Below, piece after piece: positions 28,784-38,447 of a stretch of DNA of 64,000 nt (its first letter is position 1; the number at the start of each line of letters is the position of its first letter). A program made the position numbers and the translations under genes. Source of the DNA: Nitrospiraceae bacterium (GTDB lineage: Bacteria; Nitrospirota; Nitrospiria; Nitrospirales; UBA2166); contig PBSN01000008.1 of NCBI GenBank assembly GCA_002726235.1, forward strand, positions 228,550 through 292,549, in the 5' to 3' direction. The notes beneath the pieces were generated by a model. That model was not told the origin of the DNA, made no database searches, and saw only the letters and a program-made list of their open reading frames with translations.

Positions 28784-29293
28784 GACGATCTCAGTGACAT
28801 AGCATGACATTGCAGTCCAGGTATCGCTTGGACTGAAGAACTCATCGCTAGTGCCAAGCAGGACAGGCACGCCAAACTTCAAGCGGTCGTTGTATTGGTT
28901 CTTTGCGTCTGTCTCAACTTCCTCAACTTCGAAGATCTTGTGGCCGGTGATTCAATCGCCAGGTGATCGCGCTTAAATATTCTTGCGAATAGCCTGACAG
29001 TTCTGGTCCTTTCAGGGAAATACTGGCAGCGCAGATCAGTAGGATTTTCCATTGCTTTCGAGTGTGGGGATCGCAGAAGTGCTTTGTCTATCCGTGGTGA
29101 CGGTCAATTGCTATGGGATGTCATCGCCATGCAGTTCCACTTACGTGCATGGCGGAAACCCTAACCACTGGATAAACATACACTATCAGGACGGTCGCAA
29201 AGGGGTGTCCGGCAAAGTCCCTGGTATGCTACGGCAGATGGCAACGGCCTGAGGCAGTAGAAGGGGGACTTTTCCAATATCCTGCTATGTATG

Positions 29294-31288
29294 TTAGGAG
29301 ATTCGTCCTTTGATAAGCGTGTCTGTTATAGAAGGGTCGGCAAGTGTTGTGGTATCACCAAGGTTTTCAATATCGCCTGAGGCAACTTTACGAAGAATTC
29401 GCCGGACAATTTTCCCCGACCGTGTTTTTGGAAGAGCATCAGTAAACTGCATCCTATCAGGAGTGGCGATTGGACCGATGACTTCTCGCACATGATGCAC
29501 CAACGTTTTTCGGAGGGTATCAGAAAAATCAACGCCTTGTTTTAGCGTGACAAAGCAGTAAATGCTTTGCCCTTTGATATCATTTGGTATTCCAACCACG
29601 GCAGCCTCAGCTACATTGGAATGTGAGACAAGAGCGCTTTCAATTTCTGCGGTTCCCAGTCGATGGCCTGAGACATTGATGACATCGTCAATGCGTCCCA
29701 TGAGCCAATAAAACCCGTCATTGTCAACCCTGCATCCGTCCCCCGTAAAGTACTTCCCCGGGAAATGTGAGAAGTATACATTCTTGATGAGGGAATGATT
29801 TGTGTCGCCATATACTCCACGGATCATTCCTGGCCATGGGGCTGTAAGTACGAGGTACCCTCCTTCGTTTACCTTCGTTTTCAAACCATCATGCCGCAAA
29901 ACTTCTGGCTGAACGCCAAAAAATGGTTTGGATGCTGAGCCAGGTTTCGTCGGAATAGCTCCGGGTAATGGTGTGATGAGAATGCCGCCGGTTTCAGTTT
30001 GCCACCACGTATCGAGCAGGGGACAGCGTTCTTTTCCAATCACGCGGTAGTACCACATCCACGCTTCAGGGTTGATGGGTTCGCCAACTGACCCAAGAAT
30101 TCGCAGGCTGGAGAGATCATGCTGCTTAGGCCAGTCGTCCCCAAATCGCATCAATGCACGGATTGCTGTTGGAGCGGTATAGAACACTGAGACTCGGTGA
30201 TCTTCAATAATTTTCCAAAAACGATTGGGTTGAGGGTAGGTGGGAATTCCTTCAAACATCAAGGTAGTGGCACCATTTGAAAGAGGCCCATACACGGTAT
30301 AGGAGTGACCTGTAATCCATCCGATGTCTGCAGTGCACCAATGTATGTCCTCGTCCTTGAGGTCAAAAACCCATCGACTAGTGAGGTGCGCGTATAGCAG
30401 ATATCCAGCAGTTGTGTGAAGTACTCCTTTTGGTTTTCCTGTACTGCCGCTGGTATAGAGGATGAAGAGAGGATCTTCTGCATCCATGGATTCTGGATCA
30501 CAGGTATTGGTGATATCCGGATCATTCATCGCATTGTGCCACCAGATATCTCGTCCTGATGTCATGGGCACCTGACCATCACCACGTTGATAAACGATCA
30601 CGCGTTGGATGGTAGTCCCTGACTGAATTGCTTCATCCGTTTTTTGCTTCAACGGAATTGTTTTCCCTCCATGGGCCCCGGTATCAGCGGTGATAATGAT
30701 CTCCGAATCGCAGTCTAGAATTCTATCGCGCAGTGCAGAGGCGCTAAATGCAGAAAATACAACAGAATGGATCGCGCCAACTCTTGCACAGGCAAGCATG
30801 GCAATGGGGAGTTCTGGGATCATTGGAAGAAAAATGGTCACACGGCTTCCTCGTTGCACCCCGTGTTTCTTTAGGACGTTGGCAAATCGGCATACCTCGG
30901 TGTGAAGTTGCTGGTAGGTTAATGTTCTTTGCTCACCGTCAGCTTCGCCTTGCCAGATAATGGCGGTTTTGTTGCGTCGGTTGGAGAGAAGATGGCGGTC
31001 TAGACAGTTAAATGAAAGGTTTAGCTTTCCACCAGTAAACCATTTAACATAAGGAGATTCGCTATCTCCAATTGTCAGGAAGTCGTACGTGAGGATATTG
31101 TCCCAAGGCTTGAACCATTCGAGGTGTTCTTGCGCCTGTCGAGCCCAGAATGTCTCTGGAGATTTGATTGATTCTTGATAGAGGCGGTTGTATTCTTCGA
31201 GGCTTGAAATGTGGCCATGTTTCTTTGCTGTCTCGGGAGGCGGAAAGACTCGTACTTCCTGCATCAATGAATCAATTTCGTTTGCCAT
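29294..31288 (-). CDS. acs: Acetyl-CoA synthetase
   Basis: [20 protein letters not shown] and PKTRSGK motifs. ATG 31288 (MANEIDS) preferred over 31381. Confidence 0.97.
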   Translation of the reverse strand: MANEIDSLMQEVRVFPPPETAKKHGHISSLEEYNRLYQESIKSPETFWARQAQEHLEWFKPWDNILTYDFLTIGDSESPYVKWFTGGKLNLSFNCLDRHLLSNRRNKTAIIWQGEADGEQRTLTYQQLHTEVCRFANVLKKHGVQRGSRVTIFLPMIPELPIAMLACARVGAIHSVVFSAFSASALRDRILDCDSEIIITADTGAHGGKTIPLKQKTDEAIQSGTTIQRVIVYQRGDGQVPMTSGRDIWWHNAMNDPDITNTCDPESMDAEDPLFILYTSGSTGKPKGVLHTTAGYLLYAHLTSRWVFDLKDEDIHWCTADIGWITGHSYTVYGPLSNGATTLMFEGIPTYPQPNRFWKIIEDHRVSVFYTAPTAIRALMRFGDDWPKQHDLSSLRILGSVGEPINPEAWMWYYRVIGKERCPLLDTWWQTETGGILITPLPGAIPTKPGSASKPFFGVQPEVLRHDGLKTKVNEGGYLVLTAPWPGMIRGVYGDTNHSLIKNVYFSHFPGKYFTGDGCRVDNDGFYWLMGRIDDVINVSGHRLGTAEIESALVSHSNVAEAAVVGIPNDIKGQSIYCFVTLKQGVDFSDTLRKTLVHHVREVIGPIATPDRMQFTDALPKTRSGKIVRRILRKVASGDIENLGDTTTLADPSITDTLIKGRIS

Positions 31289-31455
31289 GAAACGTTCTAT
31301 CCTCTTTATCCGATATTGCGTTCCTCGCAGGAGCTTCCTGCCATCGTTTTCAACGATATCATTTTGAAAAAAATGAATCAAAAGTTCTCCTTCGCTTTGT
31401 GCGACGTTTTAAACAGCAATGGTCACAATCATGTGTTAAACGGTCTTTTCTGGTC

Positions 31456-31485
31456 TTGACACGTCCACAAAAGCCAAGCTACTAT
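31456..31485 (+). promoter_or_regulatory. sigma70 promoter of tRNA-fMet
   Basis: TTGACA (31456-31461), 18-nt spacer, TACTAT (31480-31485). Confidence 0.65.
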
Positions 31486-31490
31486 TCCGT

Positions 31491-31567
31491 CGCGGGGTGG
31501 AGCAGTCTGGAAGCTCGTCGGGCTCATAACCCGAAGGTCGAAGGTTCAAATCCTTCCCCCGCAACCA
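31491..31567 (+). tRNA. Initiator tRNA-fMet (CAT)
   Basis: 77 nt, CGCGGGG...CCCCGCAACCA, C1:A72 mismatch, three G:C pairs in the anticodon stem, CAT anticodon, GGTTCAAATCC T-arm, encoded CCA. Confidence 0.98.
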
Positions 31568-31934
31568 ATCATTCGTGGTTCCATCGGTAATTAAAATTCA
31601 GATGATAGATTTGTCCCGGTTTTTCTTCTGCGGGTTGTCGGATGGTACGTGTTTTTGGACCATCTATGTTCTAGTTATGCGTGCAATATGCGAAGGCGAG
31701 ATTGGCTGTGGGGATCGATTTATCAGATTCGACTATCAGCCATGTGAGCCTCGAGGTTTTACGACATGGATCATGAGTGAAGCAGGATCTGGAGACGTTC
31801 CTGAACCACTCTTTTTTAGTGAGGCGTGTAGAACTACGATGTAGCGCTGATTTTCTCGTAATGCTGGTGTATTCTGTGGCAAAAAGGAACGATTACATGT
31901 TAGCGGGCATTGTAATGAGCGAGGGGAACAGTCA

Positions 31935-32648
31935 ATGAACGGATCAATGAAGTCTATCATTGGAAGTTTTATTGGAATTGCCGGGGCCTTACTGCTTTTT
32001 GGGTGTGCCACGGCAGTAGAAACAACAGTGCCTGATGCGACACTGTTTCTGGACGATGGGACGAAAGGGAGGGCGTTTCTACTTCAAAAACCGGATGACC
32101 TTCTCAAGCATGGATTTCGTGATGGGAAACTCGCGATTGTGAACATTATCGGCGTGACCGGCAAGTTCGGCATTTCAGAAATCCACTATGGACTAGTCTT
32201 GTTAGCTCATCCCATGGCATCGCCGATCCCAAACCCTGAGGTTGCCGCACACGTTCACGTTGGGGATTTTAAACTGAGTTTAGGAAATATGCCAGTAGAT
32301 CATAGTGGGTGGCCGCATTATGTGCGGGTGCAGAATTTTGCAGATGATCCTAGCAATCTTTTAGATGTCGTTATCGCATGTGACCCTAAGCCTGATCCAA
32401 GAACTAGATTTAATGCGAAGAGTGAGATGGGAGTCAGTTTTGGCAACCCTTATACGTGTGACCTTAATCCGAACGAAGTGTACGGGAATTTCTGGGGTTT
32501 GAAAGTGCACGATTATGGTAGATTACTGAACGGTGGGGATACAGATGATTTCATGCTAATAAAACTGCAGCAACTGCGAAAAATTATGGATCGGTTTAAT
32601 GCCACGGTGATTGATAAAGTGAAGAGACAAACCGTCCGGCACCATTAA
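31935..32648 (+). CDS. Hypothetical lipoprotein
   Basis: 237 aa, LLFGC lipobox, GAGGGG SD; no recognised domain. Confidence 0.75.
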   Translation: MNGSMKSIIGSFIGIAGALLLFGCATAVETTVPDATLFLDDGTKGRAFLLQKPDDLLKHGFRDGKLAIVNIIGVTGKFGISEIHYGLVLLAHPMASPIPNPEVAAHVHVGDFKLSLGNMPVDHSGWPHYVRVQNFADDPSNLLDVVIACDPKPDPRTRFNAKSEMGVSFGNPYTCDLNPNEVYGNFWGLKVHDYGRLLNGGDTDDFMLIKLQQLRKIMDRFNATVIDKVKRQTVRHH

Positions 32649-32818
32649 TCGAGGGAAATAGTGTCACCAGAAAGAATTTCAGTTTTACCAGTCTCGTTGC
32701 TTTGACTGCCCCGTATCCATTCCTGACCGTCAAAGTTGATGGACCATTCGTTCTATCGTCCTCGTCAGCTAAATTACTCTAGGCAACTTTTATTTTTTTT
32801 GGTGAAAAAGGCGGTGGG

Positions 32819-33142
32819 ATGAGTTACTCAATTCGAGTACAGGATCTAAAAGAGCGTTTGGACAAAGGAGATGATGTTTTTCTCCTTGATGTACGGGAGT
32901 CGTGGGAATATTCGATGGCAAAAATTGAAGGATCTGTGCTCATTTCGCTCGGTGAACTTCCGCAATCCCTCGATCAATTAGATAAAGAGGCCGAAATTGT
33001 TTGTTATTGCCACCATGGGATGCGAAGTGCTGACGCGACCATCTTTCTTCATCAGCAGGGGTTTCCCAATGTGAAAAATCTTGAGGGCGGTATTGACGCC
33101 TGGTCAGTGCTGGTTGAGCCGAGTATTCCGCGGTACCAATGA
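32819..33142 (+). CDS. Rhodanese-like domain protein
   Basis: LLDVRE, CHHGMRS and NLEGGIDAWS motifs. Confidence 0.93.
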   Translation: MSYSIRVQDLKERLDKGDDVFLLDVRESWEYSMAKIEGSVLISLGELPQSLDQLDKEAEIVCYCHHGMRSADATIFLHQQGFPNVKNLEGGIDAWSVLVEPSIPRYQ

Positions 33143-33170
33143 TGTGTAAATATTGCACTGAGTGGGGTGA

Positions 33171-33964
33171 TTAGTTCGGTGATATGGGATGTTGTGCTAG
33201 ATTGGTAAAGCGTGTGAGTTGTACCATCTCGGCAGGCTAGTTATTGGCTTGATAGAGAGAAATTAAGTTTTTGAACATTTGAGTGATGATGCCCTGTACA
33301 GGGCTTTGGTGTAAGTAACTCGCTTTAATTCCGTATCTACTCCTGATTAATAACCGTGCACGATCTTTGTCGGTAAGTAGCGTTCCTCAATTGAACCAGT
33401 CAATAAATATTGTGTAATTTTTTGCTTCACACTTCACCAAAAAGTGACCATGGCGTCCCAACTCCATGTAGAGGAAGATCTATTTGAGATCCAAGAAGAA
33501 TATTAAAGAACGGAAAGTCCGATCGGAATCCCTGTCCGACGGGCGATAACTCGATGGAGGAAGTTATTATCCGCCTCATCGTAGTTTGATTTCCATGAAA
33601 GACTTGGTCGACAAAAAGTAATAAGTGCATGCATCCAGAATATTTTTGCTACTTGTATATAGGCTAGTCCTCTCTCGAATTTTCTTCACCATCGTATCTA
33701 GTTGTTCGGTATAGGCTTGCATATCGACGTTAGGGTAGCCGAACTGTGCAATAAGAAAACTCCTTTATTACCCTGATCTCCTCAAGCACTGGCTCAATAC
33801 GGGAGGCCAATGTTGGGTTCGTTACTGTAGCTTCTTTGAGGTATGGAATCGCTGTTGTAGCGCTATTGACGATGCGCTTGGCAATGGTGTCTACGATATT
33901 TTGATCCCTCATCGTGGTGCAACGCGATGAGGGATCCGATATCCTTTTCGCTCGGCCGGTTCAT
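33171..33964 (-). pseudogene. Disrupted SirB1/transglutaminase-like family gene
   Basis: Colinear fragments in shifting frames: MNRPSEKDIGSLIALHHDE / DQNIVDTIA..LEEIR / FLIAQFGYPNVDMQAYTEQLD / LFVDQVFHGN / NYDEADNNFLHRVIARRTGIPIGLSVL* / LPLHGVG / GHFLVK* / FIDWFN*GTLL..MFKNLISLY. Confidence 0.85.
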
Positions 33965-33988
33965 TGAAGCAAACGTTCCATGCATTTA

Positions 33989-35020
33989 TCACGTGGCTAA
34001 CAAAAGAATTAGATATGTCACATAGCATAGACCGCTGAACAGCATGTGGTAAGGCCTGAGTGTCCCGCGATGGATTTGGATGAAAAGATAGATGGATGCA
34101 AGTAGCGTAATTCCTATTCCTAACAGCATTTCAGGACGAGGAGACCATGCCGTCAATGCGATACCAAGTGCGGGTAATAAGCTTCCCTGAAAGACTAAGG
34201 CACCACTGATGTTTCCAAATGCCATAGTGTCACGGCCACGGCGAATCCAAATGATACTGTTCACCTTCTCAGGGAGTTCTGTCGCAAAGGGGATGATGAT
34301 AAGCGAGAGGGTAAGGGCGGAGATTGCGAGCCAAGTCGATATATGCTCAATGCTGTGGATAAACCCTTTTGTTCCAACAATGATCAGGGCAAGTCCGAGG
34401 CCAAGCTGGAACAGAATTGTCAGCAGGTTTGTCGGGAGTTTGATTTTAGAGAGAAATAATGGATGATCCGCTTCTGTGCCATGTCCTTCCTCAACTAAGG
34501 CTTTCGACGCGCGAATGGTTAGTATCAGATATATGCAGTACATGAGGACGAGCATTCCGGCGATACCCCATCGTAGTGTGCTCCATTCTATGGGAATGAA
34601 AAGGGCACCGCTTCCGAGGGTAAAGGCTAGGAGAAACCATGTGAGATCGCGGTTAATTCCTGATGGCTCTGGGTGAAACGCCCCATTCCATCCGCGTTGT
34701 TGTGCAGCGAAGACTGCCATGAGGAAAAGCGCGAGGGTTGACAATAAGAGGGGTGCTCCTAAGATCGCGCCAATCCCAACTTCGTGTCGTACTGCCTCAC
34801 TCCCGGTGCTTCCGAGAATTGCAATGACGGGTACCATAGACTCAGGGAGAGCGGTGCCTACAGCGGCAAAAATTGATCCTGTAATGCCTTCAGAAATCTT
34901 GAGCCTCTCACCGAGATGTTCGAGCGCGTTGGTAAAGGTTTCTGCGCCAAGAAGGATGATTCCGGACGCGATAACAAGGATAGTGACTGCAAGGAGGTGA
35001 CTATCCATGGTGTAAGCCAT
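33989..35020 (-). CDS. Sodium:calcium antiporter (CaCA family)
   Basis: About 10 TM helices; alpha repeats GTALPE and ATELPE; GNISG. Confidence 0.9.
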   Translation of the reverse strand: MAYTMDSHLLAVTILVIASGIILLGAETFTNALEHLGERLKISEGITGSIFAAVGTALPESMVPVIAILGSTGSEAVRHEVGIGAILGAPLLLSTLALFLMAVFAAQQRGWNGAFHPEPSGINRDLTWFLLAFTLGSGALFIPIEWSTLRWGIAGMLVLMYCIYLILTIRASKALVEEGHGTEADHPLFLSKIKLPTNLLTILFQLGLGLALIIVGTKGFIHSIEHISTWLAISALTLSLIIIPFATELPEKVNSIIWIRRGRDTMAFGNISGALVFQGSLLPALGIALTAWSPRPEMLLGIGITLLASIYLFIQIHRGTLRPYHMLFSGLCYVTYLILLLAT

Positions 35021-35200
35021 GGTGAATTGAAAGTATCAAAAATTGTGGGATCATCCTGCGCCTTTCCACGTCGTACGTAATTGCAATTAAGAAACTTGTA
35101 ATCCTACCACAGCCCGTTCTGACCTTTCTGATTTCAATCGAAAGTGTGTTATAGGTAGTAGCGTTATGAGTGAGATGTGAGCGGAGTACTGGGAGTCACG

Positions 35201-36643
35201 ATGCGAACAATAGAAGAGATCGTTGAAGCGCATTTTTCGGTTGTGGCTCCAAAGGTGGATTTTTGTTCACTGCGTTTTGTTAGTGAACGAGACGAATATC
35301 TTTCGGTACGGCAGAATATTCTTCAACCAGTGTCCACATCCCATGATGTTGGGGTGATGATCACTGTCATTGATCGAGGTGGTATGGGCTATGCGGCTAC
35401 AAGTGAACTGACTGAGTCGGGCTTACGGGATGCTGTTGAGTGTGCGAAAACATGGGCTCAGCGCAGTAGCGGTTGTGGTGTGATGGATTATGCCACGATT
35501 ACATATCCCCAGGCGGTTGGCGAATACGAAAGTCCAACGAAGAAACCGTGGGACTCAGTTGCGCTCTCCGAAAAAATCAATCTGTTGCAAGCTACCTGCG
35601 AGCAGCTGAAAATAGGCGATCGTATCGTCGACTGGGAGACCAGCCTTTGGTATACCGAGGCAAACTCACTTTATCTGACAACGCATGGGGGGCGTGTTCG
35701 TCAGCAGCTTCGATTTGTTCTTCCCATGATGGGCGTGACGGTCAACCAGGGTGTGGAAACCGAACGGCGAACATTTGGAGGTCATGGATATGGGAGACAA
35801 GGCGGTTTAGAGGTGCTGGATGAGTTGAAGTTTTCTGAGGCCCCGGCACAGCTTGTCGCAGAAGCTTTAGAGTTGCTGGAGGCCCCAAATTGCCCGTCTG
35901 GCACCATGGATCTTCTACTGGCCCCGGATCAGATGATTCTTCAGATCCACGAGTCCATCGGGCATCCGATAGAACTCGATCGTATCCTCGGCGATGAGCG
36001 CAATTACGCGGGAACGAGCTTTGTGACGCCCGACATGTTTGGTACCTATCAATATGGTTCGGAACTCCTCAATGTGACTTTTGATCCCACCAAACCGGAA
36101 GAGTTTGCGAGCTATGGCTTTGACGACGACGGTCAACCAGCAACCAAGCAGGATATTATTCGTAACGGGGTGCTGCTTCGACCGTTAGGAGGGGTGACTT
36201 CACAAGTGCGAGCGGGCATGGAGGGTGTGGCCAATTCGCGCGCAGCTGGCTGGAACCGTCCGCCGATTGATCGGATGGCAAATTTGAATCTCGAACCTGG
36301 GTCTTCCAGCATGGAAGAGATGGTCGCTAGTGTTGAACGTGGGATTTTGATGAAAACAAATTGTTCATGGTCAATTGATGATTCACGAAACAAATTCCAG
36401 TTTGGGTGTGAGTGGGCACAGCTCATTGAGGATGGAAGGCTGACCACTGTGGTCAAGAAGCCTAATTACCGAGGGATCTCCGCGACATTCTGGCGCAATC
36501 TTAAGATGGTTGGCCACACTGGCACGGTAGAAGTTCTAGGGACTCCATATTGCGGGAAAGGTGAGCCCAATCAGTCTATTCGCGTTGGCCACAGTACCCC
36601 CATGTGTCTTTTCTCACAGGTAGATGTGTTTGGAGGTGTCTAG
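35201..36643 (+). CDS. tldD: TldD-family metalloprotease
   Basis: HESIGHPIELD zinc motif, FDDDG, RMANL and CGKGEPNQ. ATG 35201 follows GGGAG. Confidence 0.92.
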   Translation: MRTIEEIVEAHFSVVAPKVDFCSLRFVSERDEYLSVRQNILQPVSTSHDVGVMITVIDRGGMGYAATSELTESGLRDAVECAKTWAQRSSGCGVMDYATITYPQAVGEYESPTKKPWDSVALSEKINLLQATCEQLKIGDRIVDWETSLWYTEANSLYLTTHGGRVRQQLRFVLPMMGVTVNQGVETERRTFGGHGYGRQGGLEVLDELKFSEAPAQLVAEALELLEAPNCPSGTMDLLLAPDQMILQIHESIGHPIELDRILGDERNYAGTSFVTPDMFGTYQYGSELLNVTFDPTKPEEFASYGFDDDGQPATKQDIIRNGVLLRPLGGVTSQVRAGMEGVANSRAAGWNRPPIDRMANLNLEPGSSSMEEMVASVERGILMKTNCSWSIDDSRNKFQFGCEWAQLIEDGRLTTVVKKPNYRGISATFWRNLKMVGHTGTVEVLGTPYCGKGEPNQSIRVGHSTPMCLFSQVDVFGGV

Positions 36644-36737
36644 GCAAGATATTGAAAAAGGCCGTCAGCAGTGTGTGTGGCTAGGTGTCCTCCTCGCATA
36701 CTCTCGTTAAGCCACTCTTTTTGTCTGGGAGGAAAGC

Positions 36738-36803
36738 ATGATGGATGCGGCGTCTTATTATGATGATGATGATGGCGTGCCACCATACTCGCAGGTTATG
36801 TAA
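36738..36803 (+). CDS. Possible 21-aa small ORF (MMDAASYYDDDDGVPPYSQVM)
   Basis: GGGAGGA SD, ATG 36738, TAA ending 3 nt before the tldE ATG. No homology evidence. Confidence 0.3.
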   Translation: MMDAASYYDDDDGVPPYSQVM

Positions 36804-36806
36804 ACC

Positions 36807-38129
36807 ATGCAGACGTATTTTTACCAATTAGCCGACGATATTACAGCTCGCATGCAGGGAGACGAACGGTTCACCTGTACCTTCTCGGCAGAGGACTCCG
36901 ATTTTGTACGGATGAATAAAGGTGTGGTCCGGCAAGCGGGAAGTGTGGCGCAGCGATCGTTGACCATCAACCTAATTACGGGTATGCGTCATACAGCCGG
37001 GTCGGTCTCGCTGTCTGGAGACCTCTCAATGGATCGTGCATGGATTGATACGATGCTAGTGCGATCGAGGGAAAAAATGCCTCACCTTCCAGAAGATCCT
37101 CATCATCTGTATGCCACCGACGTTCGATCAAGTGAACAGCAGGGCAAGAATCTCCTCGCGAAAAGTTCCGATGTCGTTCCAGCTATTCTTGATGCTGGCC
37201 ACAATCGCGATATGGTTGGCCTCTATGCGTCGGGTGGGATGTATTACGGGTTTGCTAATTCATTTGGTCAGCGCAACTGGTTCTCGAGTTTCAATCACAA
37301 TCTAGAATGGAGTTTTTATTCCCAGGCCGATAAGGCGGTGAAAAGTAGGTACTCCGGTTTTGAGTGGGATCTTGCGGCGTTTCGAGGAAAAGTTGATTGG
37401 GCAAACGAGCAGCTTGATGTCCTCACCCATCCATCCCACACTGTCCATCCTGGCCGCTACCGCGTGTATATTTCGCCCTATGCGCTCTATGATGTGGTTG
37501 GAATGTTGGGTTGGGGCTGTTTTGGCTTGAAATCCCACCGTACTAAGCAGACTCCTTTGCTGCATATGCTCGAAGGTGGTGCGAAGCTCCATTCGGCGGT
37601 GACGATGTTTGAGAATACACACGACGGCATTGCTCCCAATTTTCAGGACGCTGGTTTCATTAAGCCGGATTACGTATCGCTTATTGAGAAGGGCGAACTC
37701 TGCAATACGCTTGTCTCTCCGCGTTCTGCGAAAGAGTATGGGATTCCTACCAATGGCGCATCCGGCCATGAAGCCCCAGAATCTGTGGAGATGCTTGGAG
37801 GCGAAATCCAAACCGATCAGATCCTCCGACAGCTCGACACTGGGATCTATATCAATAACGTGTGGTATCTCAACTATTCTGATCGTAGTGCGTGCCGTAT
37901 GACGGGGATGACTCGCTTTGCGACCTTCTGGGTTGAGAATGGCATTATCAAGGCCCCGCTTTCCGTCATGCGCTTCGATGAGACCTTGTATCGCATGCTT
38001 GGAGAAAATCTTATTGGTTTGACTGCCGAACGCGATCTTATTATGGATTCTACTACCTATCAGATGCGATCTACCGAAAGTGGCCGGCTTCCTGGTGCGT
38101 TGGTTGGAGAGTTTTCCTTCACCCTGTAG
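36807..38129 (+). CDS. TldE/PmbA-family protein
   Basis: PGRYRVY and TGMTR..FWVENG..MRF motifs; lacks HExxxH; paired with tldD. Confidence 0.88.
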   Translation: MQTYFYQLADDITARMQGDERFTCTFSAEDSDFVRMNKGVVRQAGSVAQRSLTINLITGMRHTAGSVSLSGDLSMDRAWIDTMLVRSREKMPHLPEDPHHLYATDVRSSEQQGKNLLAKSSDVVPAILDAGHNRDMVGLYASGGMYYGFANSFGQRNWFSSFNHNLEWSFYSQADKAVKSRYSGFEWDLAAFRGKVDWANEQLDVLTHPSHTVHPGRYRVYISPYALYDVVGMLGWGCFGLKSHRTKQTPLLHMLEGGAKLHSAVTMFENTHDGIAPNFQDAGFIKPDYVSLIEKGELCNTLVSPRSAKEYGIPTNGASGHEAPESVEMLGGEIQTDQILRQLDTGIYINNVWYLNYSDRSACRMTGMTRFATFWVENGIIKAPLSVMRFDETLYRMLGENLIGLTAERDLIMDSTTYQMRSTESGRLPGALVGEFSFTL

Positions 38130-38447
38130 CATGCAACACTCTACACAGTGTGGAAATGGAACGGTACGTTTGTAGTCGATGCCGTGTGTGTTTCTTGTGC
38201 GTACGTGAGTTCATACAGGCGGGACCTATGTAACTGCTGATCCTTCCTCCAAGATGCTCAATCAGTACTGCACGATGGCAATTGCAGTCGATCTTCACCT
38301 CCCTCTCACCCGCTGATCGTGAAAAACGTTGGGCATTCAAGCTTCATATGAGGTATGCTTCACCACTGCCAATGAGAACCGTTGTCTTGCAGCGTTGAAT
38401 CTGTCTAACCGTGTAGTGTATTTGAAAATCCAAGGGGGAGTATAGTT

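Noticed and set aside
31568..35020. Integrative element at tRNA-fMet
   Set aside because: No integrase and no duplicated tRNA 3' end were seen.
36645..36675. Degenerate dispersed-repeat/MITE end (CAAGATATTGAAAAAGGCCGTCAGCAG), weakly similar to about 46388-46414
   Set aside because: Similarity is short and no matching inverted end was found.
37302..38132. Long antisense ORFs (this 276-aa one; also 13682-14317, 19063-19725, 1252-1869)
   Set aside because: Shadows of well-supported genes on the opposite strand, with no motifs.
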